A stretch of DNA of 64,000 bases from contig NC_089434.1 of assembly GCF_026210795.1 (NCBI RefSeq), positions 5,084,001 through 5,148,000 on the forward strand, given 5' to 3'. This document shows, piece after piece, positions 63,560 through 64,000 of the stretch (the first letter of the stretch is position 1; each line of letters starts with the position of its first letter). The translations under genes and the position numbers were made by a program. The notes under the pieces were generated by a model that did no database searches, was not told the DNA's origin, and saw only the letters and a list, made by a program, of their open reading frames with translations. This stretch comes from Rhizophagus irregularis (Eukaryota).

Positions 63560-64000
63560 TTAATGGATAATTTATGCAAGCTATTTGTGAACTAATAATA
63601 GATTTAACGGGATGAATTAGAAGCTTATTTCAATGAGCAGGTAAAATTTTGTATTATTTATCAAATGCTTTTTTAATATTAAAAAAAATTGTCTAATTTA
63701 CATAATTGATAAACTCAATAATAGATTTGCTTGCAGTAAATGAACGTAGACATGGAACTATTCCGTATATGCCATTAGACTCTTTCTGTCTTTCTGTTCG
63801 TGATCTTCACGAAATTATAGTAGAAAGATTAAAGATTGTCCACGGTGATCTTCTTCCTTTCACCGCTCATATTCCATCAGAAGAATGGATTAGATTTCAA
63901 TTTAATCCTACAAATGCTACTACAACGCGATTAATGTATCGTACAAGCCGATTTAATGGTACAATGTAGATTGCTTCAAAAGAATAGTGATGATGCACAT
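63560..64000 (+). mobile_element. Transposase-like fragment, possibly Zator/TP36-related; runs off the window
   Basis: AVNERRHG...SVRDLHEII.ERL...IPSEEWIRFQFNPTN...SRFN followed by LQKNSDDAH. The family assignment is from memory of the motif pattern only. Confidence 0.45.

Overview
Very AT-rich eukaryotic DNA with short GT-AG introns, not prokaryotic. The gene and transposon families resemble those of Glomeromycotina (arbuscular mycorrhizal) fungi; this is an inference, as there is no marker gene in the window. The window is mostly decayed, nested transposons. Only one host gene looks intact: a 4-exon F-box/LRR-like gene at 11496-13176 (-). Decayed coding relics are a LINE with APE-RT-RNaseH-CCHC domains, a Ty3/gypsy-like gag fragment, a DIRS methyltransferase-like fragment, a kinesin-13 fragment, a Helitron-type PIF1 fragment, an Argonaute N-terminal fragment and a probable Zator-like transposase fragment. 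An ~8.7 kb CMC/EnSpm (Plavaka-like) element carries a transposase and a divergently transcribed AT-hook gene, each interrupted by a MITE. Many DNA transposons could be delimited by TIRs and target-site duplications (TSDs). The most unusual structure is a minus-strand array of ~14 micro-exons (32816-34681). Eight of them are exact 48-nt copies with intact splice signals and variable-length introns. The array is cargo in a 4.2 kb TIR element with a 7-bp TSD, nested three levels deep. A CACTG element also carries a ~4.3 kb satellite with higher-order structure. All coordinates were counted by eye and may be off by a few bases.
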